A stretch of DNA of 64,000 nt from contig CP096137.1 of assembly GCA_023213235.1 (NCBI GenBank), forward strand, positions 3,374,437 through 3,438,436, read 5' to 3'. The notes below the pieces were generated by a model. The model saw only the letters and a list, made by a program, of their open reading frames with translations. It was not told where the DNA came from and ran no database searches. Within the stretch, counting starts at the first letter, position 1; every line of letters begins with the position of its first letter. Origin of the DNA: Elusimicrobiota bacterium (GTDB taxonomy: Bacteria > Elusimicrobiota > Elusimicrobia > UBA1565 > UBA9628). A program made the translations under genes and the position numbers. Shown here piece by piece: positions 9,963-18,957 of this stretch.

Positions 9963-10011
9963 AGGGACTACTCCAGGGCCTTCTTCAGGCGGGCCTTCGC
10001 CAATGGGCTGA
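9205..10011 (+). CDS. REP-associated tyrosine transposase (Y1/HUH) with C-terminal helix-turn-helix
   Basis: FHCWARGVDR, YCLMPNHFHLL (HUH), HLFQERF, YIHRNPVRA, W.WSS. The real stop may be TGA 9956-9958 inside the right repeat if a base is missing. Confidence 0.85.
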   Translation: MGRKPRIHFDGAMFHCWARGVDRRTIYVDDSDYSGFMDCLEGVLRAADAKLIAYCLMPNHFHLLIQVGRIPLSSIMQRTLTTYAARFNKRHGRVGHLFQERFREKLCCDNVYLANIIPYIHRNPVRASLVASPDQWKWSSQSRFPVDSMDLTGFDPWEGSVDSPLDLTRREEMERASLQSVVEAVSMETSVDHALIRSGCKIAEAVSARRIAAVRMFEAGYSASDIARFLRIAISSACRFRPGRIAKLQSLTPGTTPGPSSGGPSPMG

Positions 10012-10189
10012 GGCCGGGGCAGCCGGCGTCGGACTTGCAGGCGCGGCGCAGGATCGTCAGGTGTTCGAGCAAACGCCGGCAGACGTCGCACACCGACAGG
10101 TGGAGCTTGGCGTGAAGTCCGATCGGGCGGCCGTCCATGGCGTCGGACAGCAGGCGGGCGACTTCCTTGCAGGACGGGAGCATGCTCAC
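9968..10189 (-). CDS. zf-HC2 (ZAS) anti-sigma factor
   Basis: SCKEVARLLSD...HLSVCDVC (HxxxCxxC); GTGA overlap with the sigma stop. Confidence 0.8.
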   Translation of the reverse strand: MSMLPSCKEVARLLSDAMDGRPIGLHAKLHLSVCDVCRRLLEHLTILRRACKSDAGCPGLSPLAKARLKKALE

Positions 10190-10734
10190 GCGGCCCCCGG
10201 TGCGAAGTGGTTCTTTTCGAGGCACCGGCGCAGGCGCAGGCGCGCGCGGTACAGGAGCACGGCCAGATGGGCGGGCGGAACGCCGAGAGCCTCGGCGGCG
10301 GCGGGGGCGTCGAGGCCTTCCATCTCGCGCAGGACGAAGGCGCGCGCGACGGGGGCGGTGAGGCCCTCGAGACAGCGGCGCAGGGCGGCCCCGAGCTCGG
10401 CGGACTCGGCCTTGGCCTGCGGCCATTCGCGCGGGGCCTCGGCGGGGGTCCAGTGGCGGCCGTCGAAGAGGTCATCCTCGCGGGAGCCGTCGTCGTCGCC
10501 GAGCGGCGTCTCTTTCGACTGCTTACGGTAATGCTCGAAGATTTTGTTTCGGAGGATGCCGGTCATCCAGGTCAGCTCGGAGGATTCGGCCTTGAACTTG
10601 GCTCTCGATTCGAGCGCGGCCAGGAACGTCTCTTGGACGAGGTCCTCGGCGGAAGCCTGGTCGCGCACGCGGGAGAAGGCGTAGCGGAACAGGCGGTCGC
10701 CGTAGGCATCGACCCATGATTTCGGATCGGTCAA
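10186..10734 (-). CDS. ECF RNA polymerase sigma factor
   Basis: AEDLVQETFLAA, TWMTGILRNK, FVLREMEG, LYRARLRLR. Confidence 0.9.
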   Translation of the reverse strand: MTDPKSWVDAYGDRLFRYAFSRVRDQASAEDLVQETFLAALESRAKFKAESSELTWMTGILRNKIFEHYRKQSKETPLGDDDGSREDDLFDGRHWTPAEAPREWPQAKAESAELGAALRRCLEGLTAPVARAFVLREMEGLDAPAAAEALGVPPAHLAVLLYRARLRLRRCLEKNHFAPGAA

Positions 10735-11485
10735 CGGACCTCCGTGATCAGGCCGCTCTCCGCGAGAAACGCGAAAAACGACTTCGTACGAGCCTCGGTC
10801 ATGCCTTTTGCCTTGGACAACGCCTGGGACAGACGAGCCCCCTTCATGAGCGAAGAAAGAACCGATGCTTCAGGAGCGGCGAGCGTGACGGAGCTTACGG
10901 GGCCGCCGCCGCGCTTATATAGGAGGACCCATTGCTCGTGAGCCCAATCGGACTTCTTGAGGGGAGAATCGTCGCGACGGTCTCTTTTCCAGATTCGGTG
11001 TACGGCATGGCCGAATTTCAAGAATCGGATCGCCGGGCCAAAAATCAATACGGAATTATTTTTGACGGATTGAGAGAGCAGTTTGGCCGACAACGGCGCG
11101 TGGGGCGCCGCGTGAAAGAGTTCTTTGTACTCCCATTCCAACACAGCCAAATTTTCTATGAACGGCGCTTCGCGCCCAAACTTCTTTTCAGGAATCCGGG
11201 GAACGAGCCGCCGTAGTCCGACAGATTATGGGATTTGGAAGGAACGGACCGCGCGTACTCCTCGCACGCCCTCAGAAAATCCTCGTCACCCAGAACGCGC
11301 CAGCAAGTCTCAAACGTCTCGCCCAACGCTTCCGACAGTCTCGCGGGATAGCCTTTCCGATACACGTCGACGGCGGCGAGGGCCGACAACCGGCCTCCTC
11401 CGGACACCGACGCGGCGAACGACGGGTCGACGGCGCCGTAGGCCGAGGAGACGAAGCGGCGTTGAAGCGCTTTAAGCGACGGCAA
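10731..11485 (-). CDS. DUF2063 / BufC-type MNIO partner protein (frameshift in the A-run near 11188)
   Basis: VYRKGYPARLSEAL..F, PS.SHNL.DYG..F. Adding one A joins the two ORFs as LKKKFGREAPFIENLAVLEWE. Confidence 0.8.
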
Positions 11486-12290
11486 GATTCGCCTCCGCCA
11501 ACCGTATCGCCTTCTTCACCTCGTTTTCGAGCACGTTCCACGCGGGGACGTCCTCGTCCCATTCGATGAGCACGGGAACCTCCGGCACGCGGCGGATCAC
11601 GCGGCGATACAACTCCCAGACGGGATCGGTCGGAGCCTTGGAGTGCGTGTCGAACAGGAAGTCGCCCATGTCGGAGTAGCCGCCGAGATGGAGCTGGGCG
11701 ATGAACTCCGAGGGAATCGCGTCGAGGTAATCCTCGGCCTTGAAGCCGTGGTTGGTCGCGCTGACGAAGACGTTGTTGACGTCGAGGAGGATCTTGCAGC
11801 CCGAGCGCCGCGCGATCTCGACGAGGAACTCCTCCTCCTTCATCTCGGAGTCGCGGTAGGTGAGGTAGCTCGACACATTCTCCAAACCGATCGGCCTTGC
11901 TAAATGCTCTTGGACGCGATTGACATTCCTGACGACGGTCCTGACCGCCTCTTCCGTATAAGGCAGCGGCAGGAGATCGTGAATATTCTTCGCGTGCGCG
12001 CCCGTGAAGCAGAGGTGATCGGTCACGAGGAACGGCTCGACCTCGGAGATCAGCCGCTTGAGGGATTCCAGATACCCGGGCCGCGGGCCCTCGACGCCGC
12101 CGATCGACAGCGACACGCCGTGCAGCGCGACGGGGTAGTCGCGACGGATCGCTTTGAGGACTTCTCGCGGGCGGCCGTGCGAGTCCATGTAGTTCTCGCT
12201 GAGGGCCTCGAACCAGGAGACGGCCGTGCGCGGGCGGCGAAGAAGGACGGGGAAGTGGGCGGAGCGCAGCCCGGCCCCCGCCTTGATCAG
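11472..12290 (-). CDS. DUF692 multinuclear non-heme iron oxidase (MNIO, BufB/MbnB family)
   Basis: GLR..H, EALSENY, LHGVSLSIG, DHLC, HDLLPLPY, LENVSSY, LLDVNNVFV, QLHLGG, DTH, LIEWD. The start is probably CTG at 12290, overlapping the precursor TGA. Confidence 0.9.
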   Translation of the reverse strand: MIKAGAGLRSAHFPVLLRRPRTAVSWFEALSENYMDSHGRPREVLKAIRRDYPVALHGVSLSIGGVEGPRPGYLESLKRLISEVEPFLVTDHLCFTGAHAKNIHDLLPLPYTEEAVRTVVRNVNRVQEHLARPIGLENVSSYLTYRDSEMKEEEFLVEIARRSGCKILLDVNNVFVSATNHGFKAEDYLDAIPSEFIAQLHLGGYSDMGDFLFDTHSKAPTDPVWELYRRVIRRVPEVPVLIEWDEDVPAWNVLENEVKKAIRLAEANLAVA

Positions 12291-12606
12291 CCCGCTTTGA
12301 ACTTTCCGTTTCGCGAGCGGCAATCGGTCTCCGTCAGGCTCAGCCAGCCCTTGCCCTTGCAGGCGTTCTGTCCGGCGCAGGCGTGGCCCTCGGGCCCGCC
12401 GCAGGCGCCCTGGCCTTTGCAGGCGTTGACGCCCCAGCACTCGCCCTTCTTGCCGTCGGCCGGCGCGGAAGCGCCCGTCGCGGGCCCCGAGGCCGAAGAC
12501 TGGGCGGCGCCGCCGTGGGCGCCGGAGGGGCCGGGGGCGTCGTCTTGCAACCGGCCATCGCGAAAGCGGCCAGGGCCGCCGCCGTCAGCTTCGTCTGTCG
12601 CTTCAT
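12287..12606 (-). CDS. Bufferin-type RiPP precursor, six-Cys CxGxNxCKG double-repeat class, with lipoprotein signal (frameshift in the Pro/Ala linker)
   Basis: AGGAGA SD; MKRQTKLTAAALAAFAMAG-C lipobox; core ECWGVNACKGQGACGGPEGHACAGQNACKGKGWLSLTETDC in the adjacent frame; directly upstream of DUF692. Confidence 0.8.
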
Positions 12607-12649
12607 GATCGTTCTCCTGAGGATGAGTGCCGGAAAGGCGTCCGGAATG

Positions 12650-14107
12650 TCAGGGCTTCTTGAGGTCGGCGGAGCGGTCGGCGGGCACGCCGTAGCGCGC
12701 CATGACGGCGGGCATGATCTTGGCCGCGGTGTCGGCGTCCATCACGATGCGCGTGCCCTTGTTCTCGCCGTACCCCGAGTAATGCTCGAGCTCGAGCACG
12801 TGCCGGCCGCCGAGCGGCTTCTCGAACGCGGCGACGAGGTCCTTGAGGCTGCCGATCAGGACGCCGTTGACGCGCGTGACCGGCGCCATCGAGAGGCCGT
12901 GGTAGCCGCGGTTGAAGTCGTGGGCGAGCACGTGGGAGAGGACGACGACCTCGGTCCGCTCCGGCGTGGGCATGCCGTCGGCCGAGAGCGAACGCACGCG
13001 ATAGCTCGCGCCGCGCGCCGCGATGAGCTCGTCGGACAGCGGCATGAACACGAGGCCGCCCGCGATGAAGTAGGCGGGGCGCGCGTCGTAGCGCGGGCCG
13101 GGAACGAGGTCGGCCGAGCCCTTCAGCGGCAGCTTGACCGTCGTCTTCTTGTCCTCGCGCACGACGACGGCGTCGAGCGTCTCGCCGATCTGTCGGCGGC
13201 TGATGAGGTCGGAGAAGTCGATGCGCTCGTCGTCGCGGAACGGGATCGTGCCGTCCTGGCCGATCTTGATGCCGTCGAGCTCCATGAGCACGTCGCCTTC
13301 CTTGAGCGCTCCCCACGCCGAGCCGCCGAAGCCGGTCTTCGTGATCAGGACGCCGCTGTTGTCCGGCGGCAGGGACAAGGTCTTGCGCAGGCTCTCGTTT
13401 TCAGTGCCTTGCCACCAGGCGCCGAGCTCGGGGATGCCGTCGTACTTGCCGTCGTCGACGTCTTTCAGGAAGCGCCGGATGATCGGCATCGGCACGACGT
13501 AGCCGATGTTCTGGGCGCCCGCGCTGTGCTGGAAGGCGATGCCGATGAGCTTGCCCTCCTGGAACACGGGGCCGCCGGAGTTGCCCGGGTTGATCGCCGC
13601 GTCCGTCTGGATCGCGAGCAGGCCGCGCGAGGAGTGCGAGTACACGGTCACGCCGACGCGCGAGACGATGCCCTCGGTTACCGACAGGTCGGTGCCGCCG
13701 ATCGGGTAGCCGTATACGGCCACCTTGTCGCGCTGCGACGGCACGCCGCCGAAGGGCGCCGGCTTCGTCCCGTCGAAGAACGAGGGGTCGTCGACCGTGA
13801 CGACGGCGGTCTCGCCGTCGTGCCCGGCGAACGCCACGCGCGCGGGATACTTGCGGATGTCCCCCGACTTGCGCACCGAGAGATAGGCCGCGTTGGCGAC
13901 GACGTGTCCGTTGGTCAGGATGCGGTTGCCCTCGATGATGACGCCGGAGCCCGTCCCGCTGCCCTGGCGGCCCGGCTGCCAGGGCTGGGCGTAGTCGGGG
14001 TTGCTGGCCGTGAAGTGGATCTGGACGGTGGCCCGGCGCAACTCGCGGTCGGCGTTGGCGGCCGCGGCGGGCGTCGCCAGGACGAGGAGCAGGAGAAGGT
14101 GGCGCAT
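12650..14107 (-). CDS. HtrA/Deg-type serine protease with PDZ domains (Deg2-like)
   Basis: Signal peptide from ATG 14107; GSGVII, LTNGHVV, GYPIGG, IQTDAAINPGNSGGP. Confidence 0.88.
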   Translation of the reverse strand: MRHLLLLLVLATPAAAANADRELRRATVQIHFTASNPDYAQPWQPGRQGSGTGSGVIIEGNRILTNGHVVANAAYLSVRKSGDIRKYPARVAFAGHDGETAVVTVDDPSFFDGTKPAPFGGVPSQRDKVAVYGYPIGGTDLSVTEGIVSRVGVTVYSHSSRGLLAIQTDAAINPGNSGGPVFQEGKLIGIAFQHSAGAQNIGYVVPMPIIRRFLKDVDDGKYDGIPELGAWWQGTENESLRKTLSLPPDNSGVLITKTGFGGSAWGALKEGDVLMELDGIKIGQDGTIPFRDDERIDFSDLISRRQIGETLDAVVVREDKKTTVKLPLKGSADLVPGPRYDARPAYFIAGGLVFMPLSDELIAARGASYRVRSLSADGMPTPERTEVVVLSHVLAHDFNRGYHGLSMAPVTRVNGVLIGSLKDLVAAFEKPLGGRHVLELEHYSGYGENKGTRIVMDADTAAKIMPAVMARYGVPADRSADLKKP

Positions 14108-14204
14108 GAGGGGAATCGTAGCATTCCCCGCCCCGGGAGCCGTGTCCCGTTCGTAACAAATCTGATCTTGCGGAGACGTGAACGGCCTGCTATATCCTCG
14201 TCGC

Positions 14205-14594
14205 ATGGCCACCCTTTCCAGCGCGCTCTTCGCCGCCGTCAACTTCGTCCATGCCATGATCTTCGGCGGCCCCATCGACGGCACCGCGTGGGACGTCAAG
14301 GTCAAGCAGGACGGCTTCTTTCACTGGGGCAGCAAGAAGGACACCCTCGTCTTCCACAAGGGCAAGCTCGTGGTCGCCGGCGCCGTCGGCCAGGGCTACT
14401 CCCCCGCCCTCTACGAATCGCGCGACGAGAGCCAGGGCACCGTCTTCGAGGCCGTGCTCGACGACCCCTCCCGCGAGCCGATCGAGTGGTCCGGCCGCGT
14501 CGAGGGCGACAAGATCTCCGGCGTCGTCATCGTGCGCGCGCGCGACGGCCGCGCGGTGAAGTACGCCTTCTCGGGCGCCAAGAAGGCCGGCTAA
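14205..14594 (+). CDS. Hypothetical beta-rich protein
   Basis: TATCCT 6 nt before ATG 14205; host-like codon usage. Confidence 0.6.
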   Translation: MATLSSALFAAVNFVHAMIFGGPIDGTAWDVKVKQDGFFHWGSKKDTLVFHKGKLVVAGAVGQGYSPALYESRDESQGTVFEAVLDDPSREPIEWSGRVEGDKISGVVIVRARDGRAVKYAFSGAKKAG

Positions 14595-14612
14595 AGCTAC
14601 AATAGCCGGGCC

Positions 14613-15169
14613 ATGGCCAAGACCCGCATCGTCGCGCTGAACAAGCCCTACGGCTACCTCACCCAGTTCACCGACAAGGACGGCCGCCCCACCCTCTCGA
14701 AGTTCAGCCTGCCCCACGGCGTCTATCCCGCGGGCCGCCTCGACTTCGACAGCGAGGGCCTGCTCCTCCTCACCGACGACGGCGGCCTCGCCCATCGCCT
14801 GACCGATCCTTCGCACGGCCATCCGCGCGTCTATTGGGCGCAGGTCGACCGCGTGCCCGACGAGGCGACGATGAAGACGCTGCGCTCGGGCGTCATGCTC
14901 AGCGACGGCAAGTCGAAGTCCTGCAAGGCGCGCGTGCTGACCGAAGAGCCGGACCTTCCGCCGCGCAATCCCCCATCCGCCACCGCCTCAACGTGCCGAC
15001 GTCCTGGATCGAGTTGACGATGACCGAAGGCCGCAACCGCCAGGTCCGCCGCATGTGCGCCGCGATCGGCCACCCCTGCGTCCGCCTCGTGCGCGCCGCG
15101 ATCGGCAACATCACCCTGGCCGGCCTCGAGCCGGGAAAGTGGCGCTGGGTCGACCGCCGCGAACTGTAA
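14613..15169 (+). CDS. rluE: rRNA pseudouridine synthase, RluE/RsuA family (frameshift near 14980)
   Basis: [36 protein letters not shown]. Confidence 0.85.
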
Positions 15170-16008
15170 AGGGGTCAGACCTTACACGTTTCACTTTTTC
15201 GCTCGCGCGTAGCGGCTCACCGACCCCAACGGGCATTGCAGCCATTCCGCGATTCGGACGAGCCGATGTCCTGCCTTCAAGGCTTCCTGGGTAAAAGCCC
15301 GCTTCGTGGCGATTATTCGACGATCGAACGTCGCGGACTTCAGCGCTTCCTCCGAAACGATCTCACGCGCCGCGACGATCGCGCCGATATCCGCCAGCGA
15401 CGGCAGGTCCGGAGCCAATTCGCGCTTCAAATCCAATTCGACGTCCTCGGCGTTCTCCCACGGATCAAAACCGCTAAGGTCCATCCCATCATCCTCTAAC
15501 CTCGCGCCTCGCAGGCTCGACCACGGCCAATGATGGGCTTCGACGGTCAGGCCTGCGCGAACAGGATTCAAATGGATATAGCGAATCACCTTTCGCAGGT
15601 ACAGCTCGTCGAGACAAAGTTTCGCCTTGAACCGCGCCTGAAACAGATGCCCCATTCGTTTGTGGCGGCGATTGTATACCTGCGCGTGAACGCCCTCGAG
15701 CCGCTGCATGACCACGGACAAAGGGACGTGCGCGACGCGAATCGCCAGATGGAAATGGTTGCCCATGAGGCAATACGCCATGATCTCGACTCCGGAATCT
15801 CGCTTGGCTCGTTCGAGCTCCGAGAGAAATAGGAAGCGGTCGTCGTCGTCCTCGAAAATGGAGCGGCCATCCACGCCGCGAGCCATCGCGTGGTATACGG
15901 CGCCGTAGAAATGAACGCGGGGAGGGCGGGGCATGCACTATTCATACGATTGAGCACCCCGAAAAGTTCCCTCAGAAAAAGTGAAACGTGTGAGGTCTGA
16001 CCCCTTTA
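15167..16008 (-). mobile_element. RAYT element 2 bounded by 33-bp inverted repeats
   Basis: TAAAGGGGTCAGACCTTACACGTTTCACTTTTT (15167-15199) and its inverse at 15976-16008, 32/33 match. The outer TAA triplets are the stops of convergent rluE and yihY. Confidence 0.85.
15191..15934 (-). CDS. REP-associated tyrosine transposase (Y1/HUH) with C-terminal HTH
   Basis: YHAMARGVDG, YCLMGNHFHL, HLFQARF, YIHLNPVRA, WPWSS; the stop TGA lies inside the left repeat. Confidence 0.88.
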   Translation of the reverse strand: MPRPPRVHFYGAVYHAMARGVDGRSIFEDDDDRFLFLSELERAKRDSGVEIMAYCLMGNHFHLAIRVAHVPLSVVMQRLEGVHAQVYNRRHKRMGHLFQARFKAKLCLDELYLRKVIRYIHLNPVRAGLTVEAHHWPWSSLRGARLEDDGMDLSGFDPWENAEDVELDLKRELAPDLPSLADIGAIVAAREIVSEEALKSATFDRRIIATKRAFTQEALKAGHRLVRIAEWLQCPLGSVSRYARAKK

Positions 16009-17139
16009 TCGGTGGAGCTTGACCGGAACCCCGGGAATCCGGCGCTTCGCCTCGAGCATCGCGGCCATTGCGGCGCCGGCGCCGGTGGATAAGCCGCCCA
16101 GCACGCCGCGCAGGACGGGGCGGCGCCACTTCTCCGAGCGTCCCTTCTTGAGCAGGGCGGCGCCGCCCAGCATCCCGGCCGCGGCGACGACGTACCAGAG
16201 CGCGTGGGGGTCGGGCTCCCCGTCGCGGACCTGCTTCTGGGCCTGCGCCGTGGCGTTGAACGGGGTGACCAGGGCGACCGCGCCCTCCTTGAGCGGCAGG
16301 CGCCGGCCGTCGCGCTCGGCGTAGGCGCGCGTGAGTTCCGCGCCGAACAGGACGATCTGCGAGGAGTAGTACACCCACAGCAGCAGGACGATCACCGAGC
16401 CCGCGGCTCCGTAGGTCGAGGCGACGCCGCTCTTTCCTAAATAGAGCCCGATGCCCATCTTGCCCGCGGTGAACAGCAGGCTCGTCCAGAAGCCGCCGAG
16501 CAGGGCCGTCCGCCACGGCAGGCGCACGTCGGGCAGGACCTTGAAGATCAGCGCGAACAAGGCCGAGATGACGCCGAGCGAGACGACGACGTTGACGGCC
16601 TGCCACACCGCCTCCCCGCCGGGCAGGCCGGCGGCGAACTTCCCGGCGGCGGCCAGGCCCGCGCTGACGACGAGGGAGACCATGAGGAGGAAGGCGATCA
16701 CGCCGATCATCCCGAAGGACAGCAGGCGGCGCTTGATCGTCGCTCCCCAGCCCGCGTCTGGGCGCGGAGCCGTCTTCCAGATCACGTTGAGCGACTCCTG
16801 CATCTGGCCGAACACGCCGGAGGCGCCGACGAGCATGGTGATCACGCCGAGGACTGTCGCCATGAGCCCCGTCTTCGGCCGGGACGCGGCGCCCTCGACC
16901 ATGGACTGCACGGCCGTCGCCCCGTTCTCGCCGACGAGGCCGCGGATCGTTTCGAACACGTGCGTCCCGCCGCCGTCGCCGAAGACGATGCCGGCGATGC
17001 CGATCGCGATGACGAGCATCGGCGCGATCGAAAACGCCGTGTAGTAAGCGAGCGCGGCGCCCATCATGGGGACCTTGTCCTCGGAGATGCCGCGCGCGGC
17101 GGTTTTCACGAGCGCCATGGAGGAGGAGAGATATTTCAT
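16006..17139 (-). CDS. yihY: YihY/virulence factor BrkB family membrane protein
   Basis: AALAYYTAFSIAP, LLLWVYYSSQIVLFGAE; TACACT 6 nt before ATG 17139. Confidence 0.88.
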   Translation of the reverse strand: MKYLSSSMALVKTAARGISEDKVPMMGAALAYYTAFSIAPMLVIAIGIAGIVFGDGGGTHVFETIRGLVGENGATAVQSMVEGAASRPKTGLMATVLGVITMLVGASGVFGQMQESLNVIWKTAPRPDAGWGATIKRRLLSFGMIGVIAFLLMVSLVVSAGLAAAGKFAAGLPGGEAVWQAVNVVVSLGVISALFALIFKVLPDVRLPWRTALLGGFWTSLLFTAGKMGIGLYLGKSGVASTYGAAGSVIVLLLWVYYSSQIVLFGAELTRAYAERDGRRLPLKEGAVALVTPFNATAQAQKQVRDGEPDPHALWYVVAAAGMLGGAALLKKGRSEKWRRPVLRGVLGGLSTGAGAAMAAMLEAKRRIPGVPVKLHR

Positions 17140-17246
17140 GGGGCCAGTGTAGCGCTCCCGCCGCGGCGGGGCCCATGCCGAGGCGGTCATTTATCGTTGA
17201 CGGCCGCGAGATGGCCCGCGAAGCGCGTCCGGGCTAACATGATCCC

Positions 17247-18956
17247 ATGCTCCGCGCCGCGTCCGTCCTGCTGCTGCTCGCCTCCGCCGCCGCGGCGAAG
17301 GACGTGTGCCCGCGCCTGCGGCTCGAGGGGCCGGACCCGAAGCTGTCCGAACCCGAGAAGCGTCTTGTCTGCGGGGATCCCGGCTCCGACGGCTGGAAGA
17401 AGGTGTCCCTGCCGCAGGCCCGCGAGTTCATGACCGCCTTCCTTCAAAAGCGCGGCCGGCACTTCCCGTCCTTCACCACCGACGGCGACGCGCTCGTCGT
17501 CGACGCGGGCACGGCGACGTACGTGACCTCGCTCGTCGGCCGCGGCCTCGAGGGCGTCTACGATCTCGGCAAGCGCCGCAAGGTCGTCGGCCGCCCGCTG
17601 ACGCCGGACCTTCTCGACCAGGTCAAGAAAGCGGTCGCTTTCGAACTCGGCGCGCGCGGCTACCCGTGCCCGAAAACGGCCGTCACGGCCGACGCGCGCA
17701 CGGGCGAGGTGCGCGTCGACGTCTCGCCCGGCGAGCGCCGCACCGTCGGCGAGATCCCCCGCCGAGGGCATGACGATCGACCCCGCCGTGCTGACCCGCT
17801 ACGAGGCCTTCGAGCCCGGGGATATCTTGGACCAGCGGATGCTGTCTTTAACGTCCGACCGCGTGAAGGAGGACGCGCTGTTCGCCTCCGCCTACTACGA
17901 CGTGGCCTGCTCGACGGCGGGCTCGACGATCACGCAGCGCGTCGTCGAGGCGCAGCCCCACCTTCTGACGATCGGAGTCGGCGCCGACACCGAAGGGCTC
18001 GTGCGCGCCCGCGCGCGCCTGCGCCGCTCGGCGATCGGCAAGCGCGCCTCCTACGCCGAGGCCGCGCTCGCCGCCAGCCGCCGCGAGCAGTCCCTCGACG
18101 CGCTGATGCGCCTGTACCTCGCCCCGGGCGACCGCCTGCACCTCGTGCCCGCGTTCTACCTGCGCCGCGAGGACGAACTGCGCTACGAGGCCGCGCACGG
18201 CGAGGCGGCGCTCTCCCCGCGTGGGCCAGCGACGCCGGCGGCCTGCGCCTCGAGGCGCGGGGCGGCCCCGCGGTCGACTTCTTCGACACCTTGCGCGGCC
18301 AGGGGCCGCGTTCTTCATCGTGGTTTCAGTTTGTCACCCACGCGCAGGTTTCGAGCCACCTGCACGAGTTCTACCGCCGCGACCCGCGCCGCGGCTGGTC
18401 GGCCGCCCTCGACACGACGCACCGCGTCGAGGGCGCGCACTCGCGCGCGAGCGCGCAGGGCCTGCGCCTCTCCGGCCAGGCGCTCTGGAACCTCGGGAAC
18501 TTCGAGCCGCCGCTGGCCGTCCTCGCCACGCGCGGCAGCTACGGCACGATCGCCGGCATCTCGCGGGCCGACGCGCTCGCGCACCTGCCTCCCACCGAGC
18601 GCTTCTTCCTCGGCGGCGACGCCGACCTGCGCGGCGTCCAGCGCAAAGGCCTGCCCTTCGACGACGGCGGCTTCCTGACCGCGGCCTATCAAGGAGTGGA
18701 GCTGCGCGCGGGCGACGTCCTGCCGTACGGCCTCCAGCCCTTCGTCTTCGCCGACGCCGCGATGGGCGGCCGCGACGGCTGGGCGCTCGAGAAGGACGTC
18801 TACTACGCGCCCGGCCTCGGCATGCGCTGGGCCTCGCCGTTCGGCTCCATCCGCGCCACCGCCGCCCGCGGCCTCGTGTGGCGCAACGGCTCCGCGTCCG
18901 GCGAGCCGTTGAAGCCGCGCTGGCAGTTCTTCTTCAGCTTCGGACGGGAGTTCTGA
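17247..18956 (+). CDS. Omp85/TamA-like outer-membrane protein (several frameshifts, 17760-18250)
   Basis: Signal peptide, POTRA-like region, RFFLGGDADLRG, GLGMRWASPFGSIR, terminal FSFGREF. Confidence 0.75.
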   Translation: MLRAASVLLLLASAAAAKDVCPRLRLEGPDPKLSEPEKRLVCGDPGSDGWKKVSLPQAREFMTAFLQKRGRHFPSFTTDGDALVVDAGTATYVTSLVGRGLEGVYDLGKRRKVVGRPLTPDLLDQVKKAVAFELGARGYPCPKTAVTADARTGEVRVDVSPGERRTVGEIPRRGHDDRPRRADPLRGLRARGYLGPADAVFNVRPREGGRAVRLRLLRRGLLDGGLDDHAARRRGAAPPSDDRSRRRHRRARARPRAPAPLGDRQARLLRRGRARRQPPRAVPRRADAPVPRPGRPPAPRARVLPAPRGRTALRGRARRGGALPAWASDAGGLRLEARGGPAVDFFDTLRGQGPRSSSWFQFVTHAQVSSHLHEFYRRDPRRGWSAALDTTHRVEGAHSRASAQGLRLSGQALWNLGNFEPPLAVLATRGSYGTIAGISRADALAHLPPTERFFLGGDADLRGVQRKGLPFDDGGFLTAAYQGVELRAGDVLPYGLQPFVFADAAMGGRDGWALEKDVYYAPGLGMRWASPFGSIRATAARGLVWRNGSASGEPLKPRWQFFFSFGREF

Positions 18957-18957
18957 C

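Noticed and set aside
14153-14182. Possible ECF promoter GTAAC...CGTGAA near the protease/hypothetical junction
   Set aside because: The spacing is atypical, it faces away from the bufferin operon, and it has no second instance in the window to support it.
9139-16008. Composite transposon carrying the bufferin operon between the two RAYT elements
   Set aside because: The two elements have different end repeats, the cargo includes housekeeping rluE, and no target duplication is seen.
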